This document shows positions 26,537 to 35,460 of a stretch of 37,195 nucleotides of DNA, one piece after another. Both the position numbers and the translations under genes were made by a program. Within the stretch, counting starts at the first letter, position 1; each line of letters begins with the position of its first letter. The notes beneath the pieces are model-generated. The model did not search any database. It saw nothing but the letters and a program-made list of their open reading frames with translations, and was not told the DNA's origin. Origin of the DNA: Sphingomicrobium sp. (GTDB lineage: Bacteria > Pseudomonadota > Alphaproteobacteria > Sphingomonadales > Sphingomonadaceae); NCBI GenBank assembly GCA_046715575.1, contig JBKJYX010000012.1:1-37195 (forward strand), read 5' to 3'.

Positions 26537-27741
26537 GGCGCTCAGCCCGAGCGCTCGCGCTCTTCTCCCTCGCTTTGCTGTCGGCCTGCGCGACCCGGCC
26601 GCTGCCGCCTGCTGAAGCGCCGCCGGTGACCCCTGCGCCGGCCCCGGCCCCAAGACCGACACCGGTCCCAATCCCAGTGCCGCCACCGACGCCTGTCGCT
26701 GCCAACGCGAGGCTGACTGGCCTCACCCTTGTCTCCCCTCCGGCAAACCTCAACCAGGTCCAGGCTGCGCGGGCTTTGGCCGCATTTCGGATCAGCTGCC
26801 CGTCGCTGCAAAGACGTCGGGACGTCTCCGAGCTCACCAACGGCGCCGAATGGGCGGGCGTGTGCGCCGAGGCCAGGACGCTTCCTGACGAGCAGGCGCT
26901 GGGCTTCTTCTATCACCGGTTCGACTGGGTGCGCGTCGGCGGTGGGCAAACATTCGCAACCGGCTATTACGAGCCCGAGATCGCTGGCTCGCGGGTCAAG
27001 GCGCCGGGCTTTGAAGTCCCGATCTACCGCACTCCTTACGACCTTATCCGCTGCACCCGCGCCGATGGCGGCAGCGGGCGCGGCCGCATCGACTCAACCG
27101 GTCAGTGCGTCCTCCATTTCACCCGGGCCGAGATCGAGGGCGGTGCGCTCGCTGGACGCGGGTTGGAGCTGGGTTGGGCTGCGGATCCGGTCGAGCTGTT
27201 TTTCCTCCACATCCAGGGCTCTGGGCGGGTTAAGCTGCCCGACGGATCGGTGCTGCGGATCGGCTACGATAACCAGAACGGCCGCGAATATGTCGCCATC
27301 GGGCGACTGCTCCGCGATCGCGGAATCCTGCCTCCGGGCGGCGCGTCGATGCAGGCGATCGTCGACTGGATGCGCGCCAATCCCGATGCCGGGCGGTCGC
27401 TGATGCGCGAGAATCTGTCATACATCTTCTTCAAGGAGCTGACCGGCCCGGGCCCGCTCGGTGCGATGGGCCTTCCGGTCACGCCGCAAGGCACGGTTGC
27501 CACCGATCCCCTGTTCGTGCCGTTGGGAGCACCGGTGTTCCTGACTCTCGACCGTCCCGAAGCGAACGGCCTGTGGATTGCGCAGGACACCGGCGGCGCG
27601 ATCAAGGGGGCCAACCGCTTCGACACTTTCTGGGGTGCCGGCGCCGATGCGACCCGGATCGCCGGCGGAATGTCGGCCTCGGGCCAGGCCCTGATCCTGC
27701 TGCCGAAGGGCAGCGCGGCGCGTGCGCCAGCTCAGCCCTGA
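26533..27741 (+). CDS. mltA: Membrane-bound lytic murein transglycosylase A (lipoprotein)
   Basis: Lipobox 'LLSA-C', Pro-rich linker, 'TGYYEP', 'FFLHIQGSG', 3D domain 'AQDTGGAIKG...DTFWG'. GTG overlaps the Tim44 stop. Confidence 0.95.
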   Translation: MRRSARALALFSLALLSACATRPLPPAEAPPVTPAPAPAPRPTPVPIPVPPPTPVAANARLTGLTLVSPPANLNQVQAARALAAFRISCPSLQRRRDVSELTNGAEWAGVCAEARTLPDEQALGFFYHRFDWVRVGGGQTFATGYYEPEIAGSRVKAPGFEVPIYRTPYDLIRCTRADGGSGRGRIDSTGQCVLHFTRAEIEGGALAGRGLELGWAADPVELFFLHIQGSGRVKLPDGSVLRIGYDNQNGREYVAIGRLLRDRGILPPGGASMQAIVDWMRANPDAGRSLMRENLSYIFFKELTGPGPLGAMGLPVTPQGTVATDPLFVPLGAPVFLTLDRPEANGLWIAQDTGGAIKGANRFDTFWGAGADATRIAGGMSASGQALILLPKGSAARAPAQP

Positions 27742-28240
27742 GGAGGCCGAGCTGTGGGCGCGCGTTACCGCCACCATTCGCCCGCTTTCGCGACAGCCCT
27801 CATCCTCGGCAGAGCCGGAAACGCCGCAGCCACCGCCACCGCAGAAGCGGCCTTCTGAGCCACCGCCACGCAGGCCTGCCCCGCCGCCGGTACGACCACG
27901 GCCCGGGACAACGCTGGATGGAAGCTGGGACCGGAAGCTTCAGTCGGGCTCGGTCGCGCCCGACCGCATCCTCGATCTCCACGGCCTCAATCTCGACAAG
28001 GCCTGGAGCGCCATCGACCTGGCCCTGGAACGCGCGATCGACGCCGGCGACCGGGTGCTGCTGCTGATTACCGGTCATGAACGGCCCGGGACTCCGCCGG
28101 TCCAGCGCGGGCGGATCCGGGCCGCGGTCCACGACTGGCTGGCGGTGTCCCGCCATGCCCCTCGAATTGCCGCGGTCCGGGCGGCCCATTCGCGTCACGG
28201 CGGAGGGGGCAGCCTCTACATCATCATTCGCCGCCATTAA
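27722..28240 (+). CDS. Smr/MutS2 C-terminal domain protein
   Basis: 'LDLHG', 'LLITG', 'HGGGGSLYI'; N-terminal 'EEAELW..V'. Confidence 0.92.
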   Translation: MRQLSPEEAELWARVTATIRPLSRQPSSSAEPETPQPPPPQKRPSEPPPRRPAPPPVRPRPGTTLDGSWDRKLQSGSVAPDRILDLHGLNLDKAWSAIDLALERAIDAGDRVLLLITGHERPGTPPVQRGRIRAAVHDWLAVSRHAPRIAAVRAAHSRHGGGGSLYIIIRRH

Positions 28241-28328
28241 TCGCGTTCACTCCACGCTTTCTTAACCGCTCTGATTTAATCGCCGAGACGGAGACGGATA
28301 CCGCCGTCCGCGGGGCGTGAACTTAGCG

Positions 28329-30010
28329 ATGAGAGAAGGCACAGCCGAGAAGATCAGCAACGCGCTTTTGTCGGGCGCGGCCGGCTTTGCTTCGTTCATT
28401 TTTTCCCTTGCGGCCTTGCTCTATCTCACTGAATTTAATGCGAAAATCCTCGCGTCCATAGCGGCCGGCGCGTTTTGCCTGCTGATCAGCTACATTGCCT
28501 CGGAGCGCCCCAACAGCGAGAATGCCCGGGCGCTCGCCGCGCTCGGCGATCGCCTGCTCGCGGTCGAGGACGGCGATCTCATCTCCCCCGCACCGCCTTC
28601 GGTTCGCAAGATTATGCCCAAGATCGCGGCCGCGGTGGACACTCTATTCTCCGAAGTGCGCGCTTCCATCGAGAATGCTCATGCGCTCGGCATGTACGAC
28701 CGGTAACCTCGCTCCCCAATCGCCTTCATTTTCGCTCCGAAGCCGACAAGCTTCTGGGCGAACTTCCACCCGGCGCGCGGTCGGCGATGCTGTTTGTCGA
28801 TCTCGACCGGTTCAAGCTGGTCAACGACAGCCTTGGCCATGCCCGCGGCGACCAGCTGTTGATCATGGTCGCCAACCGCCTTCGAGTCGTGGTCACGGCG
28901 GAATTCGGCGAGGCCATGCAGCGCCGCCCGTTGCTGGCGCGCCTTGCCGGCGATGAATTCACGCTCTTCTTCCCGGATATCCAGTCGCCGGCGGAAATCG
29001 AACGCGTCGGCCGCCGAATTGCGCTCGCGATTGCGGAGCCTTTCGAGCTCGGTGGGCACAGCGTCGATATCGGCGCTTCGATTGGTGTCTCGATCTGCCC
29101 CGACAACGGTTCGACGATCGAATCCCTGATGCGGGCGGCCGACATCGCGATGTACCACGCCAAGTCCACCGGCGGCGGGAAACATTGCCTGTTCAACGAC
29201 GAGCTGGCCGCCGAGCACCAGCGCAAGGTGGAGACGGAACGGGCGTTGACCGAAGCCGTCCAGCGCGACGAGTTCCTGCTCGCCTTCCAGCCCCAGTTGA
29301 GCCTCGTCAGCGGCGAAATCGTGGGCGCCGAAGCGCTGCTCCGCTGGAACCATCCTCGCGATGGCCTGCGCATGCCGGGCACCTTCATTCCCATCGCCGA
29401 AAAGACCGGAGTGATCACCGACATTGGCGATTGGGTGATGGCCGAGGTCGCCTCGGTGCTCAGTTCCTGGCAATCTAACGGCGTCGGCCGACGGCTCGCG
29501 TTTAACGTCAGCCCGCGGCAAATCGATCGTGTGGATTTCTTCGCCCGGCTGCGCCAGTGCTTTGCCGATGAGGGCGTTCCGTTGTCGCTGGTCGAACTCG
29601 AGTTCACCGAGAGCGCGGCGATGGAAGTGTCCGAAACGGTGCTCGCCGAAATCGCTAACCTACGGGCCGATGGTGCGACCATTGCCATCGATGACTTCGG
29701 GACCGGTTATTCCAACCTCGCGCGCCTGCGGACCATGCCGCTCGACCGGGTCAAGCTTGATCCGTCTCTCATCGCCGACATCGAACATTGTGAACGTGCC
29801 CGCGTCATCGTGCAGGCCGTCATCCAGCTGATCCGCGGCGTCGGCTGCGAGATCGTTGCCGAAGCGGTCGAGACCGTCGCCCAGGCCGATATCCTGCGGG
29901 CGATGGGCTGCGACGTGGTGCAGGGCTACATCTTTGCCCACCCGATGTTCGAAGACGACTTTCTCCAATGGACCACCAACCCCGAGCGCAGCTCGCGCTC
30001 GGTCGCTTAG
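28329..30010 (+). pseudogene. Membrane-anchored GGDEF-EAL c-di-GMP protein, frameshifted (pseudogene or sequence error)
   Basis: Frame 1 (two TM segments) ends 'LGMYDR*'; frame 2 continues 'PVTSLPNR...DLDRFK.VND..GH..GD...RLAGDEF...EALLRW...DDFGTG...QGY'. One extra C at 28700-28701 restores 'YDPVTSLPNR' and a 560-aa protein. Confidence 0.88.
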
Positions 30011-31131
30011 CCCAGCACTTTTTTCACGATCCGCTCGTAGATCCGCGACAGAGCGGCAATGTTGTCGAGGCTCGCGCTCTCGTCGAGCTTGTGCATGGTC
30101 GCGTTGGGCAGGCCGAAATCGACCACCGGGCACAGCTGGATCAGGTAGCGGCCATCGGACGTCCCGCCACCCGTCGACAAATTGGGTGTAAGGCCTGTCT
30201 CGTCGCGGATGGCATCGACGACGAGGTCGTAGAGCTCGCCGGGCGGAGTCAGGAAAGCCTCGCCCGAGATTTTCGCCACGACCTTAGACCCGGGCGCCTC
30301 GCGCGCCGCGGTCTCTTCGACCAGCCGCACGAGATCGGCGCCGCGATGGAGATTGTTGAAGCGGATGTTGAGCCGCGTACTCGCCGAGCCGGGGATCAGG
30401 TTAGTCGCGCCGGCGGGCGCCGAAATATCCGTGAATTCGAGGTTGGACGGCGGAAAGGCGTCGGTCCCATCGTCGAGGTGGATCGCGTCCAGGGCGGCGA
30501 CCAGCCGGCCGAGCGGCGGGATCGGATTGTCGGCGCGGTGCGGGTAGGCGACATGGCCCTGGGTGCCAGGCACCTTGAGCCACATGTTGACCGAGCCGCG
30601 GCGGCCGATCTTGACCGTGTCGCCGAGCACGGCGTCCGAGGTTGGCTCGCCGATCAGGATCATGTCCGGGCGGATTTGGCGCTGGTTGAGCCAGTCGATG
30701 ATCGCCGGCGTGCCAAACGTCGCCGGACCTTCCTCGTCGCCGGTGATCAGCAGGGAGACGGTGCCGCGCTGAGGGTCGGCGCGCGAAACCGCAGCGACGA
30801 ACGCCGCGACTGCGCTCTTCATGTCGTTGGCGCCGCGCCCGGTCAGCACGCCATCCGCGACGTTTGCCGAGAACGGGTCGCTGTTCCAGCCGTCGCCCGG
30901 AGGCACCACGTCGAGATGGCCGGCAAAGCCGAAATGCGGCGCGCCTTCGCCACGAATCGCGATGAGATTCTCGACCGGGCCATCGGGCGGCTCGCCGGCA
31001 ATGAAGCGATGGACCTCGAAGCCGAGCGGCGCGAGCGCGGCCTCCAGCACATCGAACACTTCGCCGCGGGCGGGCGTGACGCTCGGGCAGTTGATCAGCG
31101 CGCTTGCAAGCGCGATTGGGTCGATCGACAT
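30007..31131 (-). CDS. dapE: Succinyl-diaminopimelate desuccinylase
   Basis: 'FAGHLDVVP', 'GRGANDMK', 'TGDEEG', 'GEPT', 'GRRGS', 'QGHVAYP', 'GGTSDGR'. Confidence 0.96.
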   Translation of the reverse strand: MSIDPIALASALINCPSVTPARGEVFDVLEAALAPLGFEVHRFIAGEPPDGPVENLIAIRGEGAPHFGFAGHLDVVPPGDGWNSDPFSANVADGVLTGRGANDMKSAVAAFVAAVSRADPQRGTVSLLITGDEEGPATFGTPAIIDWLNQRQIRPDMILIGEPTSDAVLGDTVKIGRRGSVNMWLKVPGTQGHVAYPHRADNPIPPLGRLVAALDAIHLDDGTDAFPPSNLEFTDISAPAGATNLIPGSASTRLNIRFNNLHRGADLVRLVEETAAREAPGSKVVAKISGEAFLTPPGELYDLVVDAIRDETGLTPNLSTGGGTSDGRYLIQLCPVVDFGLPNATMHKLDESASLDNIAALSRIYERIVKKVLG

Positions 31132-31137
31132 TGTCGT

Positions 31138-31166
31138 CGCCTAGCAAAGGACAACAGGATGCCCAA
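31138..31166 (-). promoter_or_regulatory. Putative leaderless promoter of dapE
   Basis: TTGGGC-N17-TAGGCG then 6 nt to ATG 31131; overlaps the start of the divergent cupin gene. Confidence 0.55.
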
Positions 31167-31614
31167 GGTCGACCTCAACCGCATCGAGCAGACCAACACC
31201 ACCGGCTACCCGCCGCCGTTCAACCAGGATGTCGCCGGACGGCATTTTCGCCGCCTCGCGCCCGCGCATGGCCTCACCGACTTCGGGGTCAGCGAAGTGA
31301 CCCTCGAGCCCGGCGCCTGGTCCAGCCAGCGCCACTGGCATTATGGCGAGGACGAATTCCTCGTGATGGTCGAAGGCGAAGCGGTGCTGGTCGAGGACGA
31401 CGGCCGCACGACCCTGCGCGCCGGAGATCTCGCGGCCTGGCCCAAGGGCGTCGCCGACGGCCATCATTTGATCAATGAAAGCGACGCCCCATGCCGCTTC
31501 ATCGTGTTCGGCGGGGGCGTGAATACGGGTGGCTGCTACTCGGATATCGACATGATGTGGGACGTCAATGACGGCTACACCCACAAGGACGGCACGCCTT
31601 ACCCGGCGTCTTGA
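31159..31614 (+). CDS. Cupin domain protein
   Basis: 'LEPGAWSSQRHWH..EDEF', 'G..GHHLIN', 'YSDID'; SD AGGA upstream of ATG 31159. Confidence 0.9.
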   Translation: MPKVDLNRIEQTNTTGYPPPFNQDVAGRHFRRLAPAHGLTDFGVSEVTLEPGAWSSQRHWHYGEDEFLVMVEGEAVLVEDDGRTTLRAGDLAAWPKGVADGHHLINESDAPCRFIVFGGGVNTGGCYSDIDMMWDVNDGYTHKDGTPYPAS

Positions 31615-32277
31615 CTAGGCCGCCGCCTCATATTGCTCGATGACCCACGGCTCGTCCTGCGCCTGGTCGATCCAGTCATGAACGTGCGGGTGCGACAGCA
31701 CCGCCTTCATGTAGAGCGCGGCGAACGGCGGCACCGGCACCCCATAGGTGATGAAGCGGGTGACGACCGGGGCGTACATGATGTCCGCCGCGCACCAGTC
31801 GCCGAACAGGAAATTGCCGGTGCCGCCAAAGCGGGCGCGGGCCTGCGCCCACAGCTGCAGGATGCGGTTGATGTCGTCCGTGACGCCGTCGCTGAGCTCG
31901 CGCGGGGAGAAGCTCTTGCGCACGTTCATCGGCAGCTCGCGGCGAAGATTGGCGAAGCTCGCATGCATTTCCGCGGCCATCGACCGAGCCATGCCGCGCG
32001 CCGCATCGTCCGTGGGCCAAAAACGGTCGCGGCCGACGCGGTCGGCGAGGAACTCGATGATCGCCAGGCTGTCCCAGACGACGCATGTCCCGTCCCACAG
32101 GATCGGCACCTTGCCCAGCGAGGGGGCGAACTCGTCGCCCTCGCGGCGCTTCTCCCACTCATCGTCGAACATCGGCACGACCAGTTCCTCGAACTCTTCG
32201 CCGGATTGCTTGACGGCCAGCCATCCGCGCATCGACCAGCTCGAGTAGGCGCGGTTGCCGATGATCAGCTTGAGCAT
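31615..32277 (-). CDS. Glutathione S-transferase family protein
   Basis: 'GNRAYSSWSMRGWL', 'GKVPIL', 'WDSLAIIEFL', 'AADIMYAPVV.RF'. Confidence 0.93.
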   Translation of the reverse strand: MLKLIIGNRAYSSWSMRGWLAVKQSGEEFEELVVPMFDDEWEKRREGDEFAPSLGKVPILWDGTCVVWDSLAIIEFLADRVGRDRFWPTDDAARGMARSMAAEMHASFANLRRELPMNVRKSFSPRELSDGVTDDINRILQLWAQARARFGGTGNFLFGDWCAADIMYAPVVTRFITYGVPVPPFAALYMKAVLSHPHVHDWIDQAQDEPWVIEQYEAAA

Positions 32278-32287
32278 GCGGAATTTC

Positions 32288-32923
32288 CTAAGTGGTCGCT
32301 TCGAGGATTGCAGTACGCAACTCGGCGATCCCGCTACCGGTTTCGCTCGACGTAGTGAAGATGCGCGGGTGCGCCGCTGGATGCTTGGCGGCTTCGGCCA
32401 CCGTCGTCTCCAGCACTGAGGCCATGTCCGTCGTCTTTACCTTGTCGGCCTTGGTCAGCACGAGGTGGTAGCTGACCGCCGCACCGTCGAGCATGTCCAT
32501 CACTTCATGATCGACCGGCTTCAAGCCGTGACGTGCGTCGACCAGCACCAGCGCGCGCTTGAGCACTGCCCGGCCGCGCAGATAGTCATTGATCAGGAAG
32601 CGCCAGCGCCTGACCATGTCCTTGGGCGCCTCGGCGAAGCCGTAGCCGGGCATATCGACCAGCCGGATCTGAAGCGGCTTTCCGACCTCGAAGAAATTGA
32701 GTTCCTGCGTGCGGCCGGGCGTGTTCGAGGTGCGCGCCAGCCCCTTGCGATTGGCGAGCGCGTTCAACAGCGAGCTCTTGCCGACGTTGGAGCGGCCGGC
32801 GAAAGCGATCTCCGGCACCGTCGGGTCAGGCAGGAACTCGAATCCCGGAGCCGATTTCAGGAAATCGATCGGCCCCGCAAACAGCTTTCGGGCGCGTTCC
32901 GCCAGCTTCTCAGCCGCGTCCAC
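32288..32923 (-). CDS. engB: Ribosome biogenesis GTPase YihA/YsxC
   Basis: G1 'GRSNVGKSS', 'SNTPGRT', 'DMPGYG', 'TKADK'. GTG 32923 overlaps the yidC TAG. Confidence 0.96.
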   Translation of the reverse strand: MDAAEKLAERARKLFAGPIDFLKSAPGFEFLPDPTVPEIAFAGRSNVGKSSLLNALANRKGLARTSNTPGRTQELNFFEVGKPLQIRLVDMPGYGFAEAPKDMVRRWRFLINDYLRGRAVLKRALVLVDARHGLKPVDHEVMDMLDGAAVSYHLVLTKADKVKTTDMASVLETTVAEAAKHPAAHPRIFTTSSETGSGIAELRTAILEATT

Positions 32924-34638
32924 TATCCAGTCGCCGGCGCGGGTTCGTCGATCTTGTCGAGCCCGTAGCGCTTGTACAGCCACCATTGCTGCGCGATCGT
33001 CAGGATGTTCGAGACCACCCAGTAGAGTTGCAGGCCGGCCGCGAACGGCGCCATCACAACCATCATCACCCACGGCATGATGGCGAAGATTTGCTGCTGG
33101 GTCGGGTCCATCTGCGCCGGGTTCAATTTGAACTGCATCCACATGGTGATACCGAGCAAGATCGGGAGGACGCCGATGGCGAGGAAAAAGGGCGGCGTGA
33201 AGGGCAGCAGCCCGAACAGATTGACCGGGGTCATCGGGTCCGCCGCCGACAAGTCCTTGATCCACAGCGCGAACGGCTGGTGGCGCATTTCGACCGACAC
33301 CATCAGCACCTTGTAGAGCGCATAGAACACCGGGATCTGGAGCAGGATCGGCAGGCAGCCGGCAGCGGGATTGATCTTCTCGGTCTGGTAGAGCTTCAGA
33401 ATTTCCTGCTGCTGCTTGGGCTTGTCGTCCTTGTGGCGCTCCTGGATCGCCTTCATCTTCGGCTGCACCTTGCGCATCGCCGCCATCGACTGGAACTGTT
33501 TCTGCGCGATCGGGTACATCAGCAGCCTGACGATGAAGGTCAGGCAGATGATCGCCACGCCGAAATTGCCGGTGGTTTTGAACAGCCACAGGAGCAGGTC
33601 GAAAATCGGCCGCATGAACCATTCGAACCAGCCCCAGTCGACCGACTTGGACAGCTTCGGGATGCCCATGTCCTCGTAGCGGTCGAGAACCGTTTTTTCC
33701 TTGGCGCCGGCAAAGAGATGCGTTTCCGTCGTGACTGCCTTGCCGGGCGGCACGATAATCGGTTCGCGCGCATAGTCGGCCTGATAGGCGCCGTTAGGAG
33801 CCCGGCGGAAGCTCGCCGAAATCGACGCATTCTGCGACGGTGCCAGCGCGGTCAGCCAATATTTGTCGGTGAAGCCGAGCCAGCCGCCGCGGCTGGCAAA
33901 ATGCTCGCCGTTCGGGCCCGCCTCGTCGAGGGTCTCCCAATCGATGCCGTAATTGGCGGCGCCGTTCAAAAATCCCATCGGTCCGACATGCATCGTCCAA
34001 CCAGTGGGATCGGGCGACTTGTTGGCGCGGCTGATCAAGCCGTAGGGTCGCACCGCGATCGCACCGGCACTGGCGTTGGCGATGCGCTGTTTGACCGTGA
34101 ACAAATAATTGTCGTCGACCGACACGGTCTGCTCGAATTGCTGGCCGCCGGGGCTGGTCCAGCTCAGCGTCACCGGCCGGCCCGGAGTGAGGATGGGCGC
34201 GCTTGCCTGCCACACGGTGTCGGGTCCCGGCGCCTGAATGCCCTCGCCAGTCCAGCCGAAGCTGGCGAAATAGCCGCCGGGCGCGCCGGCCGGCGACAGC
34301 AGCCGCACCGGCGGGGACTTCTTGTCGATCGTCTGCCGCTCGCGCAGCAGCACCAGGTCGTCGATCCGCGCGCCGGTAAGGTTGATCGAGCCCTGGAGGC
34401 TGGGTGTCTCGATCCGCACCCGCGGAGTCGAGGCGAGCACGGTCGCGCGGCCCTTGAGCGCCTGCGGCCGGTCGGCGGCGATATCGGCGGGTTGAGCGAT
34501 CGGCTTCGCCTTGCCGTTCTCGACCTGGACGGTCTGCGGCCCGGCGGTCGGCAGGAAGCGGTCGGACACCAGGCTCCAGCCGAGCAGCACCAGCGCGCTC
34601 AGCATGATGGCGAGGATCATGTTCTTATTGTCGGTCAA
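32923..34638 (-). CDS. yidC: Membrane protein insertase YidC
   Basis: N-terminal TM, periplasmic domain, 'VDWGWF', 'NFGVAII', 'NPAAGCLP.LLQIPVF.ALY', 'GLQLYW..SN'. Confidence 0.98.
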   Translation of the reverse strand: MTDNKNMILAIMLSALVLLGWSLVSDRFLPTAGPQTVQVENGKAKPIAQPADIAADRPQALKGRATVLASTPRVRIETPSLQGSINLTGARIDDLVLLRERQTIDKKSPPVRLLSPAGAPGGYFASFGWTGEGIQAPGPDTVWQASAPILTPGRPVTLSWTSPGGQQFEQTVSVDDNYLFTVKQRIANASAGAIAVRPYGLISRANKSPDPTGWTMHVGPMGFLNGAANYGIDWETLDEAGPNGEHFASRGGWLGFTDKYWLTALAPSQNASISASFRRAPNGAYQADYAREPIIVPPGKAVTTETHLFAGAKEKTVLDRYEDMGIPKLSKSVDWGWFEWFMRPIFDLLLWLFKTTGNFGVAIICLTFIVRLLMYPIAQKQFQSMAAMRKVQPKMKAIQERHKDDKPKQQQEILKLYQTEKINPAAGCLPILLQIPVFYALYKVLMVSVEMRHQPFALWIKDLSAADPMTPVNLFGLLPFTPPFFLAIGVLPILLGITMWMQFKLNPAQMDPTQQQIFAIMPWVMMVVMAPFAAGLQLYWVVSNILTIAQQWWLYKRYGLDKIDEPAPATG

Positions 34639-34701
34639 TTCGGAAACCTCGTCATGGAACGGGCCTTGTCATGGCACTGGCCTTGTCACGGAACAGGATC
34701 G
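34635..34701 (-). repeat. 17-bp-period degenerate repeat forming three overlapping hexapeptide mini-ORFs between yidD and yidC
   Basis: Plus-strand units GTCATGGAACGGGCCTT / GTCATGGCACTGGCCTT / GTCACGGAACAGGATCG. Minus-strand ORFs 34689-34669, 34672-34652 and 34655-34635. Confidence 0.8.
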
Positions 34702-34898
34702 TGGCCTTGGCCGCCCCAGGGATGGCAGCGGAAGATGCGTTTCAGCGCCAGCCAGCTACCCTTCGCGGCCCCATAGCGCGACAAAGCGGTGATCGCATAG
34801 GCCGAGCAGCTTGGCGTGTAGCGGCAGCTTGGGGCGAGGACCTTGGACGGGCCCAGCTGCCAGCCGCGAGCAATCCCGATGAGCAGCCGCGCGATCAT
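34686..34898 (-). CDS. yidD: Membrane protein insertion efficiency factor YidD
   Basis: '[10 protein letters not shown]', 'G..KGSWL...RI.RCHPWG..G.DPVP'; ATGA overlap with the rnpA stop. Confidence 0.97.
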   Translation of the reverse strand: MIARLLIGIARGWQLGPSKVLAPSCRYTPSCSAYAITALSRYGAAKGSWLALKRIFRCHPWGGQGHDPVP

Positions 34899-35359
34899 CG
34901 GCGAAGCTTTTCCAAAGCGCGCTCCAGCTCCTGCCGCAGTTGGCCGAAGTCGCGCTCGATCCCGCCGGCGCGGCCGATCAGCACATGGTCCGAACCGCCG
35001 AAGCCACCGGCCGGCAGGAATTCGCGGGCGAGGGCGCGCAGGCGGCGCTTCATCCGGTTGCGGACGACGGCGCCGCCGATTTTCTTGGTGACGGTGAAAC
35101 CGACGCGAATGGCTTGGTCGCCATCGGCGCGGTCGCGGACAAGCAGGACAAAACCAGGCGTCGCCGCGCGTCGGCCGGCGTTGGCGGCCAGGAAATCGGC
35201 GCGTTTACGAAGGGTGGTTAGGCGCTGAGCTTCTTGCGGCCGCGCGCCCGGCGCGCCGCGAGGATCTTGCGGCCGCCGACCGTCGCGCTGCGGTGACGAA
35301 AGCCGTGCCGCCGCGCGCGGACCAGATTGCTCGGCTGAAAGGTGCGCTTCATCGCTCAT
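34895..35359 (-). CDS. rnpA: Ribonuclease P protein component, apparently N-terminally extended across rpmH
   Basis: Core 'LRKRADF', '[24 protein letters not shown]'. Identity is secure; the start is inferred because no in-frame ATG/GTG/TTG lies between 35359 and the conserved core. Confidence 0.9.
   Translation of the reverse strand: MSDEAHLSAEQSGPRAAARLSSPQRDGRRPQDPRGAPGARPQEAQRLTTLRKRADFLAANAGRRAATPGFVLLVRDRADGDQAIRVGFTVTKKIGGAVVRNRMKRRLRALAREFLPAGGFGGSDHVLIGRAGGIERDFGQLRQELERALEKLRR
35218..35352 (-). CDS. rpmH: 50S ribosomal protein L34
   Basis: Manual translation [44 protein letters not shown] (44 aa; absent from the ORF track). Confidence 0.98.
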   Translation of the reverse strand: MKRTFQPSNLVRARRHGFRHRSATVGGRKILAARRARGRKKLSA

Positions 35360-35431
35360 GCCCTTAAAATTCAAAGTGAACGTAAGTTCAATGAAAAAAG
35401 GCCGCCGATGGGGCAGCCGCTGTCGTTTGCG

Positions 35432-35460
35432 CCGATAGTGGAGGGGCTTGCCAAAGTCAA
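35432..35460 (-). promoter_or_regulatory. Putative sigma70 promoter of the rpmH-rnpA-yidD-yidC-engB operon
   Basis: TTGACT-N17-TATCGG; predicted TSS near 35425. Confidence 0.65.

Noticed and set aside
26600-26700. Pro-rich repetitive stretch in mltA
   Set aside because: Ordinary lipoprotein tether; not a DNA repeat or a CRISPR array.
29968-31158. Apparent 548-aa protein ending in a cupin domain
   Set aside because: The first ~400 aa are antisense to dapE; the real cupin starts at ATG 31159 with an SD.
32986-34776. 596-aa ORF antisense to yidC, and similar long antisense ORFs over glyA, topA, ubiB, murJ and comM
   Set aside because: They mirror conserved genes codon for codon; expected in high-GC DNA.
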